A stretch of DNA of 64,000 nt from Cladosporium halotolerans (taxonomy: Eukaryota), in assembly GCF_011745625.1 (NCBI RefSeq), contig NW_027191456.1, forward strand, positions 930,001 to 994,000, in the 5' to 3' direction. Of the stretch, positions 1-12,813 are shown in pieces; position 1 is the stretch's first letter; every line of letters starts with the position of its first letter. The notes below the pieces were generated by a model, which saw only the letters and a program-made list of their open reading frames with translations, was not told the DNA's origin and did not search any database. Position numbers and translations under genes: made by a program.

Positions 1-593
1 CTCACCCTCCTCGCCAACAACGTTGAAGAACTTCAGGCTGTACTCGCCCTTGTTGGTGGCGACGACGCGGAGCCAGTCACGGAGCTGCTGCTTCTTGAGG
101 AACTTCTTCGTCAGGTACTTGAGGTAGCGGCCGGAGAACTCCTGGTGAGCGACGACCTCGATGCGGCCGTCACCGAGGTTGGTGACGTTGATGCGCTCGC
201 CGAGGTTGCCGGTCAGGCCGTCAACCTTGATGCGCTGCTGCAGGAAGGTGGTGAAGGCGCTGGCGTCGAAGATACGGTCGTTCACGGGCTGGGTGGCGTT
301 GATGATGAACTGTGAGAGGGTCGCGTTAGCGATTCTACGATTGTCGCATTGCTGGTTGGATCATCCGTCCTGGGTCCGCACGTACCTTCTTGGTGATCTT
401 CTGGTTCTTCTTGGGGCCGCCCTTGAGGCCGCCGCCGCCAGCAGTGGGGTTCTTCTGCATTGGAGTCTCAGTATACTGCTCTCAAGCCTGCTGCGCATAT
501 TTTTTGCATGTCTTTTGCGCGCTCCGATCGGCCGGTGTCTCACGGCGTCGGAGCGGCGCAGCAAAGCGAGATACGTACAGGTCCAGCAACCAT
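1..593 (-). CDS. RPL22: 60S ribosomal protein L22e (3' end runs off the window; 2 introns)
   Basis: Manual splice: ATG at 593 (MVAGP), intron 578-455, exon KNPTAGGGGLKGGPKKNQKITKK, second intron, then FIINATQPVNDRIFDASAF...KVDGLTGNLG...FSGRYLKYLTKKFLKKQQLRDWLRVVA, the eL22 signature. Confidence 0.95.
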
Positions 594-1507
594 TTTGTCG
601 GTGAGGTGAAATGTTCCGGGTAGAGGAGCTTGTCGGGATCGGGGACGCAAAGAGATGGGTATCCTACGTCTTGCTGGACTGGAAGGTCTTCGCTCGTCGA
701 TGCGCAAAGAGGGTCCGTTCATTGCGGTGGGCGCGAAAAGAAATCTTGGCGCGCTATCCGAGCGGCTCGAGGCGAAAGCGGGGCGTTCCCTTCGATGTGG
801 GTCTCCTCCAACTGCCAGCCGTTCTTCAAACACAATGACCGAGCTACGTTGACATTACCTGATCAATAATAAATTGCTTGTGGCTGTGGTAAATCTGACC
901 GTGAATTCGTCTCAAATCCGAACCATGAGGAGCATGCCAACACCAGTGAGGGAGGCATCCGGAACGGCATTGTTTGACATGACGAAGCCGCCACTAGAAG
1001 TTGCCCATCATTCTGCTCGCAATGAATGAGACGTTTGTATTCCGTGGCCGAACCTCACATTCCAGGAATCACTTCGGACTGCACAAGACGGTAGGCCATC
1101 CAAAATCGACGCATACGATGGAATATCGCAGGCCTCCGGCTCAGCTATAATGTGACTATGTTGGTCAGCCAGCTTAAGCCGCCAATGTCGGGACATTTGA
1201 TGCCGAACCCTGAGTGCATCCGGGTGCAGGCCATCCACATCGTCCGCCCACCCACTCATTCCGAACAGACTAAGCTAGATACTAACACCAGGTTGTAATG
1301 AACCTCTTATGTCGCTGAAGCATAATGACCAATTTTGGCTCCGCACTTCAGCACCTTCGGTAGCATCGAATACCGACTTGAGCGAGGCAGGCGATTTCCC
1401 CGCTTTCATAGAGATATATATATTCATTGTAGGTCAATTCCCAATTCTCATTACTTCGTATTCTGCCAGTCTGTGAAAGCCAAGGGAAGTTGCAATCATA
1501 TGCGATC

Positions 1508-4120
1508 ATGCGCGGCTTATTACTTACATCATTGGCCGTTCTCCTTCTAGAGAACTCACAAGCAACAGCGTAGGGCCATTTCTTCCACAATGAACGACAA
1601 GAGCGGCGTTGACTGACAGTACGTCGCAGCTTTGTGAGCTATGGCAACGTCCACCCCGTTTCCTATCACCTCGGGTCAGGCCCAGGAATCAATACCACAT
1701 CACCGTACGAAGGCGACATCGAACTCTCTCCTTCGAATCCATTCTTGACGTTGGATTACGGTACAGACAGAGCAGGTTTCCCAATTTTCTCTGCCAAGTC
1801 GCTATCCGGTGCCACCCAGATTGAAGCGAAATACTCGGAAGAATACCCTGCGATCTCGCTGCCTCAAGCTGATGGTCCCTGGCCGTTTACCGTCGGCCTC
1901 GCTAATGCCTTCCGCGTTGAGACTTTTGAGCTCAAGGAGGCTGGAAATGTCCAAAGCTTCTTCGTTCAAGGCGGACAGAGATGGCAAACCCTGCGCCTTC
2001 TGACAAACACCACCATCACCCTGAGTAATATCGGCTTCAACTCCACCGCGCCTCTCGCAGGCCCCTCTGAGGTTCCGGTCAAGCTGGCAACGTCCAACTC
2101 AATCTACAACCGCTTGTATGATCTCGGTGCGGGCTCCGCGCACGTTTCTTGCATTGACGCTGGCAACGCCCCATCGACATGGGAAATCACACCGGATGGT
2201 GCCCTTATTCGAGGTCAGACAACCGCACAGTCCGCGAAAGGCGCGGATTTCAGCAACTACACCCTCACATTTTCTACGAAGATTGCTCGCGGTGGAACCG
2301 GCTGGCGAGTGGCAAGCGGCCAGAATCCTTTTGGTGCCTACTTTGTCCTCACCTCGAACGAGCAGTCATTTCTCAATACCAACCGTTCGCTCATTCAGCC
2401 AAGCACGCTGATATTCTCATATGGAACCTCACTCTATGATCAAGAGAACATAATCAGCGGACCAATCCATCAGTACCCACTCAAAGCTCCAATCGAAGAC
2501 GACTCTTGGTACAATATAAGCACGGCCATCACTCCAGAAGCTTACGTCGTCTCAATCGATGGCGACATCATCGTTTCTGTTCCGATCGCGGGAGCCATAG
2601 AGCTGGCGGCAAATGCAGGCTACTCGGGAACTGGATCTGCATTTAAGGGAAGCTTTGGCTTTGGTCCCTGGCAGGACCAGGCTGCCTACTTCAAAGATGT
2701 TGTTGTCACCTCGAATAACGGCTCTACTCTCTATAAGAACCCTATGACCTCGGAGGACACCCTGGGTGAGTATTCTGTGGCTCCGCTCAATACGACTTTG
2801 TGTCTGGATGGCGGTAAGCGCGATCGCCTTGTTTGGGCTGGCGACTTTTACCACACGGTGAACGTTGTGGCCTCGAGCACTGCACAGTGGAAATATATCC
2901 TGGGAACAATAGAATTCCTGCTCCAGCGTCAGCTCCCGGATGCGCCTTACCGTGGTCTGGTGCCAATTGCGCCCGCCATGGGTAGCGTTCCCGAGTTCTC
3001 TCGTGCGACAGGTACGTTCGATGGCCTTCTGGACTACCAGGACCTGTTCCTCGCTGGTATTGGCGACTTCTATCATTACTCTGGCCTGACTGATGAGATA
3101 AAACCATACTGGACTCAGATCAAGACACTCGTAGAAGCCAGGCTTGCTTTCATTGATCCATTCTCGGGACTAATTGCTGCCAGCCCAGAATTGGGGAATC
3201 GGCCAGCCGTCAGCTTCCTCGGGCCTGCGAATGGCACGGCAGTCACGGGAATCATGGCATACGCCCTTGAGATGTTGACACCTCTAGCTCACGCTCTCGG
3301 CGATACAGCAGCAGCGGATCTGTACTCAGCCACGTCTGCAAATCTGACGCAAGCCATCAACGATAAGCTCTGGAACCCCAAACTCGGCGTATATTCGCTT
3401 TCATTGACGGCTCCATCCAACTACTCTATCAATGGTATCGCCTGGGCTATCTTGTCAGGTGCTGCGAACAGTACTCGGGCTGCCTCGTCCATCGCAAAAG
3501 TGGAAGAGCTTAAATGCGGCATTGGCTACCGAACGCAGTCCAGCGAGGCATGCACTGAAGATTACCAGCTCTCTCCGAATACGAACGGTTTCTTGCTCAA
3601 TGCAATTTTCAAAGCGCAGCGCGACCTTGGATTGACTAATTTGAGTGTTGCAAGAACCCAATTGGATGACTTCTGGTCGGCCATGGTGACACAGGATCAG
3701 TACTATTCCGGGGCATCGTGGGAATACATTCATCCTGATGGGTCGCCTGGAATCAATCGATTCACCAGTCTCTCGCACCCCTGGGGCGCCGCTCCTACCT
3801 ACGTCCTCCCGGAGTACGTTCTTGGCATCTCGGCGACGAGCGCAGGGTACAAGACCTGGAAGTTCACGCCTCTGGTCGAAGGTCTGGATCTCGACCATGC
3901 GAGTGGAACTGTCGTCACGCCGTATGGTGACATAGAAGCAGGCTGGAAGATCAAAGGGAACAGCGTGACAGTCACGACGAGTATTCCCCACGGGACGTCG
4001 GCTACTCTGATAGTGCCTAAGGGTTATTCCGCAAGATACCACGGCAAGACCTATCACGGTGGAGCAATTCCTTTGATAGGCAAAAAGCAGGTGAAAGTTC
4101 GAATGATGAAGAGGAACTAG
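1508..4120 (+). CDS. Secreted alpha-L-rhamnosidase-like glycoside hydrolase (GH78, six-hairpin)
   Basis: Signal-peptide exon MRGLLLTSLAVLLLENSQATA from 1508, intron GTAGGG...CTGAC...CGCAG ending 1629, joining the 828-aa ORF. Motifs DGGKRDRLVWAGD and SLSHPWGAAPTY; many N-glycosylation sequons. Confidence 0.85.
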
Positions 4121-4213
4121 AATCGCATTGCTCGGGCCGCACGTTTCTACAAACGGTCGTATCTGTTAGTAGCTTTGCAATATCATCCACAAGTCTGGGC
4201 TTCTTGAACCATT

Positions 4214-6037
4214 CTAGTCTCCACTCTTCTCCTCAACATGCTCCATTTGTGAATCTTCTTTCTTCATCCCAACTTCTGGAGCTTGATCTCCCGAAAGATG
4301 CCCAGATTTCGTCATCTGTAAAGCATTCCTTTCAATCTCCGCTCTTTCCTCTTCGCTGATGCCATACCAATGGCTGGCGATATGCTCGTCTCCGAACAGT
4401 GATCCAATCTCTTCTAAGGTCCGACCTTTGGTCTCCTGTGGAGAAATCAGTATCTGTGAAAGCCGGTCACACAGGGAGTTTCAACTTACTGGGAAGAGAA
4501 AGTAAATGGCTGCTATATAGCACACCGATGGTATGATCAATACCAAATAAAATTTCCACCCGATACTGTTCAGAGCCACCGGCGCAGCGACGAGCGTGAC
4601 TTCCGAAGCAAGATAGAAGAAGGCCAGGCCCCAGGCCGTCCCTTGAGACCGCAAGTGATTCGGCCAGATCTCGCTGACGTAGACGTACTGCGTCGCGTCA
4701 ACGAAAAAGCACCACCACAGGATGAAGAACCAGATGAAGAAGACGGCGGCGTTTAGCCCGGCTGTGTTTGTTGTTCCAAGGAACTCAGCTGTCAAAGCAC
4801 AGAGGAAGATGAGAGAGACGGTGACGCCGGTCGATCCGATAAGAAGGAAAGTCCGCCTGCCCCATCGGTCGATGTAAAGAGCTGTCCAGATGTTGCCGAC
4901 GATGGTGAAGGTTGTCCAGCAGGCGTTCAGCAATAATGGTCGGAAGCCCTTCAGACCCAGAGAGGCGTATATGAGGACTCCGTAGTTGGTCATGACCTGT
5001 AAAATATTAGTCGAGAATCGAACTCCGGCCTTGATTAGACTTACGAATATTCCTAGGAACTGATCTCCCCACATCATGATAGCCGCGATCAAGGACCTTC
5101 GTCTGTTTGGTTTCGTTCGGAAGATCTCGAACCGACGTGTCTTCAACTGGGCATCTAGTTCGTATTGCTTCTCCATCATGTAAAACTCCTGCCGAGCGGC
5201 AATATCTTCCTTGTCGTCAGGTGTGCGATGAAGTCGCTTCACAATATCGAAAGCCTCCTCACGTCGGCCCTTGGACAGGAGCCATCGTGGCGAAAAGGGG
5301 ATGAAGCCGCTGCCTGCAAGGACAATGAGCGGTGGCATACATTGGACCGCTAGCGGGAAACGCCATGAGAATGTTGCCGATGGAGAGTCTGCTGGAAAAA
5401 AGTAGCAAGCGAAACCGAGCCAGCCAGCCAGAGTATATCCAAATGCGTATGCCACACCAGTAACGCACATCATGGCGCCACGAGTTTCTGCTGTAGAGAT
5501 TTCGCCTTGGTACATTGGCACAACAACTGTGTCGTGTGTTAGGGAGGGCCTACGTTCACAAATTGACGCTCCACTCACCTGCAAGAATACCACTGCCAAT
5601 TCCTGCAATTACGCGTCCAGCGAGGAACATGCCCATGTTCGCGGAACCGGCACAAATAGCTCCTCCAATGATCAATATGATACAGCCAACTTGGATCGTA
5701 CGTTTCCTCCCGTAAGCGTCGGCCGACCATGCGCTGATAAGGCAGCCTATTATGGCGCCGGCACTGTTGACGCCATTGAGAGCCCCAACAATATTGGTCG
5801 TGTATGCGTAGCCTGGTTCACCTTGAGGTGCTAGGTCGAAATATGTGTAGACTGCCGCTTCATCAGCTTGGTGTGTAGCTTGGGAGATTTGTCGAACTGA
5901 TACTGACAGTTTGGCTGTCCAACAGTCGACCCAATGATGGCCAAACCGTAGGCTGTCGACAGCGTTCCAAGGGCAACGAAAGTGACAACCCAGAGATTGA
6001 AGACATTTACTATGTGCTTGCCCCCGATGCCGAGCAT
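4214..6037 (-). CDS. MFS sugar (hexose-type) transporter, multi-exon
   Basis: DxxGR(K/R) loop motifs, GEISTAETRG, PFSPRWL, SEIWPNHLRSQG, PETKGRTLEEI; several GT-AG introns; stop TAG at 4214-4216. Confidence 0.9.
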
Positions 6038-6450
6038 CTTGGTGGGTTTGTTTATGGCAAATGAAAGTGATGTGTGTCTCTATCCTGATGCCGACTGTCA
6101 GTGTTGCAAAGCAGACCTAGACCCGTACATACTCAATGTATGTAATGAGACCGGGGATTATAAACTCGACACAGAACGTTCGATCATCGATCTTCGTGAA
6201 CCCCTCTGCCTGGGAGCACTTTTGCCCGAGGTGTTGACAAGCTCCACATGTCAATGCTTGATCCCCGCCCAGGAGACCGACGATCAGCTCACGTGAACAG
6301 AAAAGTCAACCATAGGCATTACAAGCGCTACAAAGTGGGGCAGTTTGGAAGTTGAAGTAATAATAGGCGAACCACAGGCGGCCAGTCGTTCCTGCAGTCT
6401 GGCTAGCCTGCGAACAATAGTCTTCATCATCTAACGTAACAGACTCCAAC

Positions 6451-8286
6451 TCACAGCTCATCCTTACCCGCATCGGCCTTCTTAGGAGGACCAGCAGCAA
6501 GCGCCTCGCAGACGGCCGGTGTGCCGACCTCCATCCTGTAAACGCACTTGGCCTCCTCCATCACTTTCCAGAGCTCGTTTTCTTCGCTGCACGCAAGAAT
6601 CACCATAGTGCTGCGGTTGGGGCCGTTCCAGCAGTGCTGTCCGTTCTCGTGCTTCATCGCAATACGCTCGCCAATGCCCAGGCCTTTACCGCTCGCGGAC
6701 ACATCCTCGTCAACGACAATTTTCTCGAGCCCGACGAAGTTGCCCATGTTCGTGTTGCCGCCGCCCTTCTTGGGCTTCTGCGTGGTTTTCTCCATGAAGC
6801 ACACCTCATAAGTGTACTCGCCAGACTCACGGCTCACACACTGGCCCTTGAGAGCGCGGAAGACATCGTCAACGCCCCAGTCTTTGGCAAGGTCCTCGTT
6901 GTGCGAGGTCTGGTCCTTGCGGGTCTTCTCAAGCTCTTTGCGAGCAGCGTCGACACGTTTTCTGGCTTCCTGCACGGCTTTGGTTTCGCTCGGCTTGTCG
7001 CTAGAAGTATCGGCAAGGATACCGTTCTCAATGAGCATCACGCGCAGGTCACGGAGTTTGGCATCAAGCCAGGTGCGCAGACTCGGTGGGAGATAGTTCT
7101 CAAAGTCGTATACTATTCCAATGTTAGCGATTTGATAAGACCAATGGATGGACGAAAAAGCACTTACAGACGTCCGTGTCACTGCCCTCCTCCTCTTGTT
7201 CGAACTCCTCCCAGTTGAGACCGTTGTGCTCGTCAGACTTGATCATCTCCGCAAGATCACGATCCTCAGCGGCATTGTGTGAGGTCTTGTCTCTCGCGGC
7301 ATAGTCTTCCCAGGCCCTCACGGCGCGCTTGACGCCCTCGTCGTTGAAGTTAGGGTTGTACTCCTCCTTGAAAGTAGACAAGATCTGCTCCAGCTCTTGT
7401 ATCCTCTGGTTGTAGGAGTCCCTCTCACTTCGCGTCTTGATCACGGCCTCTCTCAGCTCGTTCATCCTCTGCTTCGCCAGGCCAGCGAGCACGCCTAGCT
7501 TACCGGACTTCGCGCTCACATTGCCTTTCACGACACGACCTTTCTCTTTCCTCTCAACCTCCGCGAGCTCTGCCTCCGCCTGTTGCACTTTACGCTCCTT
7601 TCCCTCAGCCTCCGTAGCAAGTGTCTTGATACGGTCCTCGACCTCTTTCCTTAACCTTTGAGCCTCGGCGACGAGCTCCTTCCTCTTCTTCGCCGCGTTC
7701 CCCAAGCTCTTCTGCCTGATCTCGTCCAGGCGTCTCCACTCCTTGCCAATCTCCTTGCACTTGTCCTCGCATTTGACTCCTCCCACGTTATCGAACTCTT
7801 CGCTGCCATCGCAGCAGAGATCGTAGTCGCAGATGCCGTCGTTGACGCTGGTGAACGGTACGTAGGATGGCTGGTGACCCTTGTTCTTGCAGTAGAAGCC
7901 AGGCAGAGCAAGGACTCCGTTGACTGCATTTACGGGCGTTTGCGGCGAGGAGGGAGACAGGTGTGAGCATGCGGAAGTGCCAGGCTCGTCAGATCCGTCG
8001 GGGCAATCGCAGTAGTCGTCGTTCACGCGAAGAGCTGGCACGCGAACTTCCGGGTTAGAGATGCACGTGAATGTCTCAGCATCCTCGTAGTACTTCGCGA
8101 CTGTTTGCGGTGGTCAGTTGGAGTGCCAATGGCAAGTATTGGGCGTTGCTCTGCTGGCCTGGAGCGAGCTTGCAACGACCTGATGAACGTACATTCCGGG
8201 GCGACACCACGCGGCCTGCCGTTGTCGGATGCCGCGAAGGCTATCGCAGCAGACTCTAAGCACAACAACGCCGCAACGCCCTTCAT
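6451..8286 (-). CDS. GTB1: Glucosidase II beta subunit (PRKCSH-like)
   Basis: Signal peptide MKGVAALLCLESAA, NDDYCDCPDGSDEPGTSAC, coiled coil, MRH domain (YTYEVC...GQHCWNGPNRS...CVYRM), C-terminal KDEL; 2 introns. Confidence 0.93.
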
Positions 8287-8752
8287 CTTCGACGTTTTCA
8301 AATCGAGCAAGGAGAATATCAAGTCGTGAGGGAAGGACCCGTGTTTGCGATGTCTCCGTTTAAACACAGCTGGCGTCATCCGGGGACCTGGGGGAGACCC
8401 ACAAAGTCAGAGCACCCTGTCTCGCATTTGTATGAACCAAAAGGCAGAATGCACAATGGATGAGATAGGCTGAGCATTGGAGCTAGGGTTGCCAATTGGT
8501 ATCTATGAATGCATACAATGAAATTGGGTATTTGAAAATGATGCTGCGGAATTCCCTTCCCCTGCCATGCGCAAGCCTTCCATGGCGTGAAACACAATAG
8601 GGTTGACGAGGCCGATCTCAACTATTACAACCTCGAGCCCCGTGAGAAGTAGCCACATAGCAGTCCAGTGACAACAACGTATCCGTACGATATAACATCC
8701 TGTTGTTTTGACTGCCATGTAATCTTTCGCGTTCCTTGTCTACTCCAACCGT

Positions 8753-9140
8753 CTAGTCCACTGTAACACCCCTCTTGCTCAGGTCTGCCTTTGCCTGCTC
8801 GATCTGTTTTACCAGTTCCTCGTGCGCTTCAGGTACATCGTTAAAAGAGAAAACGCCGTAGCCAAGCTTCGCCAGGAGGAAGGCGCCGAATGAGACGATC
8901 ACCCAGAAGGGGAGCTGCACACAAAGTTAGGTTCCGTCTGGCAGATGTTGAGGAGAGCGGACGACTGACCACAGGGATGACATCTTCTTGAATCTTATCC
9001 GGCAGTGGAAGGAATCCGAGGAATGCGGTTACATATATCTACGCCGAGTGTCAGCAGATGTCTGCGAGGGAATGCTTGCGTTTGGAGCGTACCGATGCGA
9101 GCACCACAAGGAGTGCAATATGCTGCGCCGCGCGAGTCAT
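8753..9140 (-). CDS. DPM3: Dolichol-phosphate mannosyltransferase subunit 3 (not in ORF track; 3 exons)
   Basis: Spliced MTRAAQHIALLVVLAS / IYVTAFLGFLPLPDKIQEDVIPV / LPFWVIVSFGAFLLAKLGYGVFSFNDVPEAHEELVKQIEQAKADLSKRGVTVD*. Confidence 0.88.
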
Positions 9141-9449
9141 TTTGGCAGGGTTGAGTATTACTGTCAAGTGCTGATTGTGAGGCCTTGATCAGAGCTTGTG
9201 CGTAGGAGAGGTTGTTTTAGTGGTTCGGATTATGGAGGGGTTGTCAAATGGCCAGCTTTTGGGACGCGGATAGCGCGCGCGTTGGCTTCTGGCTGAAGGT
9301 CTTCAGGGTCTCGACTTCAGGCGGCGTTCAGATGTTCAGACGATGATATTTTACTTATTATTATTATTATTATCTACGAATTCAACCAAGCTCTTATTTT
9401 CGGACCCATCGAAGCTGGATGCGATTTACGCGAGCGCCATTGGTTCATT

Positions 9450-10862
9450 ATGTCTCAACAAAGTGATTCGATAAAGATTCTGCTCAGTGCCCCTCAAGAT
9501 GGCGAGGCATTCGTCGACGCAATGAAGGCATTGGCGGCACAAAGTCGGGAATCTGAAGCCACGAGACACGCACTGGCGGAAATACTACCTCACTTGTTGA
9601 AGGTGGTCGAAAACTTTGACCAAAGCTCTCAAGATCTCATGGGCGCCACCTTGCGCTGTATCGGCAATGCTTGCGTGGGGAATCCACAGGCCTGCAACCA
9701 GGTCATCCCGTCCGGATCCGAACTCAGCTGGCCTGCAATCTTGCTCAATGAGCGCGGAACCGATATTCGTGACCTGGCCATCAAAGTGCTGTACAACCTC
9801 TGTTCACAGTCGGAAGACATTCAAAAGAGATGCTACGAGGCGTCTCTGCACGGATCAATCATTTCGGCTCTTCACAAGCAGGCAAAATCGGTCCAGGGAA
9901 CGAAGGACGACCCTTTCGGTGGGCTCAGCTTTCCAATTGACTTACTCTTCTGGATTTCCTCGCAACGTCCTAAGGAAGGAGATGCGACGTCCAATGGCCA
10001 AGCGGATGGACCAGACGACGAGCAATTGAGGCTTCGGCAATTGGTTGAACTCCCCTCACTTCTTGCGGGCGATCTAGACATCGACGACTTTGCTACACTG
10101 TTGGAAGTTGTTCTCGTCTTCTTGCGAAGTCCCAAGAACCAGGCATACCTGGCGGAAGGCAAGCTCACAGAGGCCGTGTGGGACATCATGAACCTCAATG
10201 AAAATAAATTACGGGGAGCGGACATCGACGCAGATGATCAAAAATTGCTCGTTGCCCTATCTACGAGCCTAACGTGGGTTCTTTCAGATATCGCTGATAG
10301 CGATGCGTTCAAGAAGTCAGAAGACGCAGAGGGAACATTCATGGGCCGAGTCCTACCACTTACGACCCCGGACGCGAACGTTTCTTCCTGCTTCTCCTCC
10401 GACCTCGATGATGGAGCGATCAGATTGTTGAGTGCTGCCTATCAGGTGATTGGCAATTTTCTACACAACGTGGATCCTCAATTCGCCGTCTCGCTTGTGC
10501 GGGATAGGCGCATTCATGAGCGAGTGTTCGCCATCATGGTCACTACCGACAATGCCGATCTCCTTCACAGCGCTGCAGGCTTGCTCATTCAGCTTTCGCG
10601 ACCCTCTCCTGAGATCCGCGAGACCATCTCACTAGACAGCAAAGCCATACCTGCTATCGAGAGCCTGGGGAGCCATTCGGTCCAGCAGCTGAATCAGGAT
10701 GCCTTGATGCTCATGCGTGCACTCGGAAAAGATACGCCCGCAGTTCAGGAGCGGTTCAAGCCGCTGGCTGGAGAAGTAATGGCAACCGTAGCCAAAGCCC
10801 AGCAAGCTGCCGCGGCTTCTGATGCACAAGAGGGCCAGCCTATGCTCGTCGGCACAAATTAA
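9450..10862 (+). CDS. Armadillo-repeat protein, probably Bem4/SmgGDS (RAP1GDS1)-like
   Basis: 470-aa single-exon helical ORF with ARM-like LRCIGNACVGN, VLYNLC and HSAAGLLIQLS. Confidence 0.65.
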   Translation: MSQQSDSIKILLSAPQDGEAFVDAMKALAAQSRESEATRHALAEILPHLLKVVENFDQSSQDLMGATLRCIGNACVGNPQACNQVIPSGSELSWPAILLNERGTDIRDLAIKVLYNLCSQSEDIQKRCYEASLHGSIISALHKQAKSVQGTKDDPFGGLSFPIDLLFWISSQRPKEGDATSNGQADGPDDEQLRLRQLVELPSLLAGDLDIDDFATLLEVVLVFLRSPKNQAYLAEGKLTEAVWDIMNLNENKLRGADIDADDQKLLVALSTSLTWVLSDIADSDAFKKSEDAEGTFMGRVLPLTTPDANVSSCFSSDLDDGAIRLLSAAYQVIGNFLHNVDPQFAVSLVRDRRIHERVFAIMVTTDNADLLHSAAGLLIQLSRPSPEIRETISLDSKAIPAIESLGSHSVQQLNQDALMLMRALGKDTPAVQERFKPLAGEVMATVAKAQQAAAASDAQEGQPMLVGTN

Positions 10863-10891
10863 GATGTTCTCTTCATCGAAGTAATCCCATC

Positions 10892-12235
10892 TCATCGGCC
10901 AAGTTTACCTGCGAACTTTCGTCTCACCCAGACGTCTCCGTTCTCCATATATTCTTGCTTGCTGACGACGAGCTGCTTCATGGCCTCCTCGTTCTGCGCC
11001 AGCCTAGCGCCGCCAGTCCACGCATGCTTGACTGGATCCTCAGGTAGACCGACACGGACAGCATATTCTTCGGGTAACTTTGTGCGCAGGTCCGCCTCAA
11101 GCCGTTCCACAAACCCAGGCAGTCTACTGGTGCCACCGACGACCACCACATTGGCCAAGAAAGCCTGCCAGAGACCTTTTGGTAAGGCCTCTAGTGATTG
11201 CAAGATCGTGCCGACAAGACCTTCAGACTGCATGCCGATGTCAGAAGGCGTGAATACCAGCTCAGGTACCGTGAAGCGCTCGTTCGCCAAAACGACGAGA
11301 TCCTCTCTCGGCCCACCGATCCCTAGCTGACGCTTTCTGGCATTGAAGCTCGGGTCGTGGGGCCTCGCGAATCCGCGCTTGATGCTTTCATAGTCGGGCA
11401 AGACGTAGTCCACCACAATTGAATGATCCACCACTCTCGGGTCCTTGCTGCCTCCCTTCCAAACGCGCTCGAGGTCTTGCTCGAAATTCTGTGAAACAAA
11501 GCACACGTCCTCCTTGATCTGATTTGCCATCCAATCTTCCTTTCGTAGCTCGAACTGCCGCATGGATACCAAGTCTTTGAGTTGATTCGTAAGCGTCTTG
11601 CCTCCGATCTCCAGCCTGCGACATGCGCTGTGCAGCGGCTTGCCCTGGAATAGTGGCGTGGTTGTCGTGTGCGAGTAGCCAACGTCTACCACTATGGCAC
11701 ACTCCATCGGCGTGCCCATCGGTCGCTCAGCGTCACCCTTGAACGGTGAAGCTCCATACGCGCTCAGGCTTGGCGCAACAGCCCTCCAGTAATTGCCAAA
11801 CCCAAACTCCTCGAACACCATCTCGTCACAATGTCTCTGCAGCGCGATCGGTGCGCTCAGAGCCTCGGTTAAGATCAAATTCGTTTCCTCGGGAGCCTCA
11901 CATTGCAAACCAGTATTTCCAGCGTTGAAGAATTCATGCTCCCAGATCGCCTTCTCGCTCTCCCAATTAACGAGGAAACCCTTTTCCACAGGCCGCTTGA
12001 ACGCAAGCTCACCAAAGTCCTGGCACTCATCGAGTTCCGATCCAACGTAGGTCCGTTTGTCACGCTGCGAGCGCGCGATGGTGTTCGGGATCACGTGGCA
12101 GTTGTCCAGAGACGGCGGCGAGGTGGCGTTGAGGAGCGAATAGCCGGCTTTGATTGTGTGCGCGCCGTTGTCCAAAATCAGCGTTTTTGTGGCCAGGCCG
12201 GCGGCTGGAGGCTTTGATTGTTTTTGCCGGGGCAT
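10892..12235 (-). CDS. ARP6: Actin-related protein 6 (SWR1 complex)
   Basis: LILDNGAHTIKAG, RPVEKGFLVNW, VVDVGYSHT, IGGKTLTNQLK, YVLPDY, LANERFTVPELVFTPSDIG; likely ATG at 12235 (MPRQKQ). Confidence 0.92.
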   Translation of the reverse strand: MPRQKQSKPPAAGLATKTLILDNGAHTIKAGYSLLNATSPPSLDNCHVIPNTIARSQRDKRTYVGSELDECQDFGELAFKRPVEKGFLVNWESEKAIWEHEFFNAGNTGLQCEAPEETNLILTEALSAPIALQRHCDEMVFEEFGFGNYWRAVAPSLSAYGASPFKGDAERPMGTPMECAIVVDVGYSHTTTTPLFQGKPLHSACRRLEIGGKTLTNQLKDLVSMRQFELRKEDWMANQIKEDVCFVSQNFEQDLERVWKGGSKDPRVVDHSIVVDYVLPDYESIKRGFARPHDPSFNARKRQLGIGGPREDLVVLANERFTVPELVFTPSDIGMQSEGLVGTILQSLEALPKGLWQAFLANVVVVGGTSRLPGFVERLEADLRTKLPEEYAVRVGLPEDPVKHAWTGGARLAQNEEAMKQLVVSKQEYMENGDVWVRRKFAGKLGR

Positions 12236-12813
12236 GACCGGTACAGTCAAGTTGTTGTAATCAGAAGATGGAGGTTTTCGTATCAACGTGGTTGGAATCG
12301 AGAAGAGGTAGACTGCCGTCGCGTCAGTGCTTTCTGCCTGAGGCAACATAGATCCAAATCCTAAGCTAGCCTGGTAAGGAAGACGTAGGCGTCGACGGTA
12401 GAGAAGACATAGTGATTGAAAAGGTGTGATCTACATGATCTTGAGTTGAATTAGAACTGCTCATGCTAGTGTCGGAAAAGATTTGAGATGATTACAATCG
12501 AATCTGTCTACTGGAAACGCCGACTTGATGCGTTGCAAATCCCGCTGAAGAACAGCCTTTCGCAAGCGAGTAGCAACACTTCACCACTTCATCACTTCGC
12601 TACCCGTCTTGACTGAGCCTAAGCCAGACCCGTCATGAGAAATCTTGCAATTCACATAATCATAACCTTCGATTCGCGCATGGCTATCACGCCGAGTATT
12701 ACTACAACCGCCTCCGAGCCTTGTTCGGAGTCGGGCAGATCCTCCAGATCAAGCACAAACTAGTCCTAGTCCATTCTCACTCCTCCCGACCAGAAACACT
12801 CACAGCTCGACGT

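Noticed and set aside
6451..9140. Adjacent ER glycosylation genes GTB1 and DPM3 as a functional cluster
   Set aside because: Two housekeeping genes in tandem; adjacency alone is weak evidence.
9355..9373. (TTA)n tract in the DPM3/ARM-protein divergent promoter
   Set aside because: Short simple repeat, ordinary for a nucleosome-depleted promoter.
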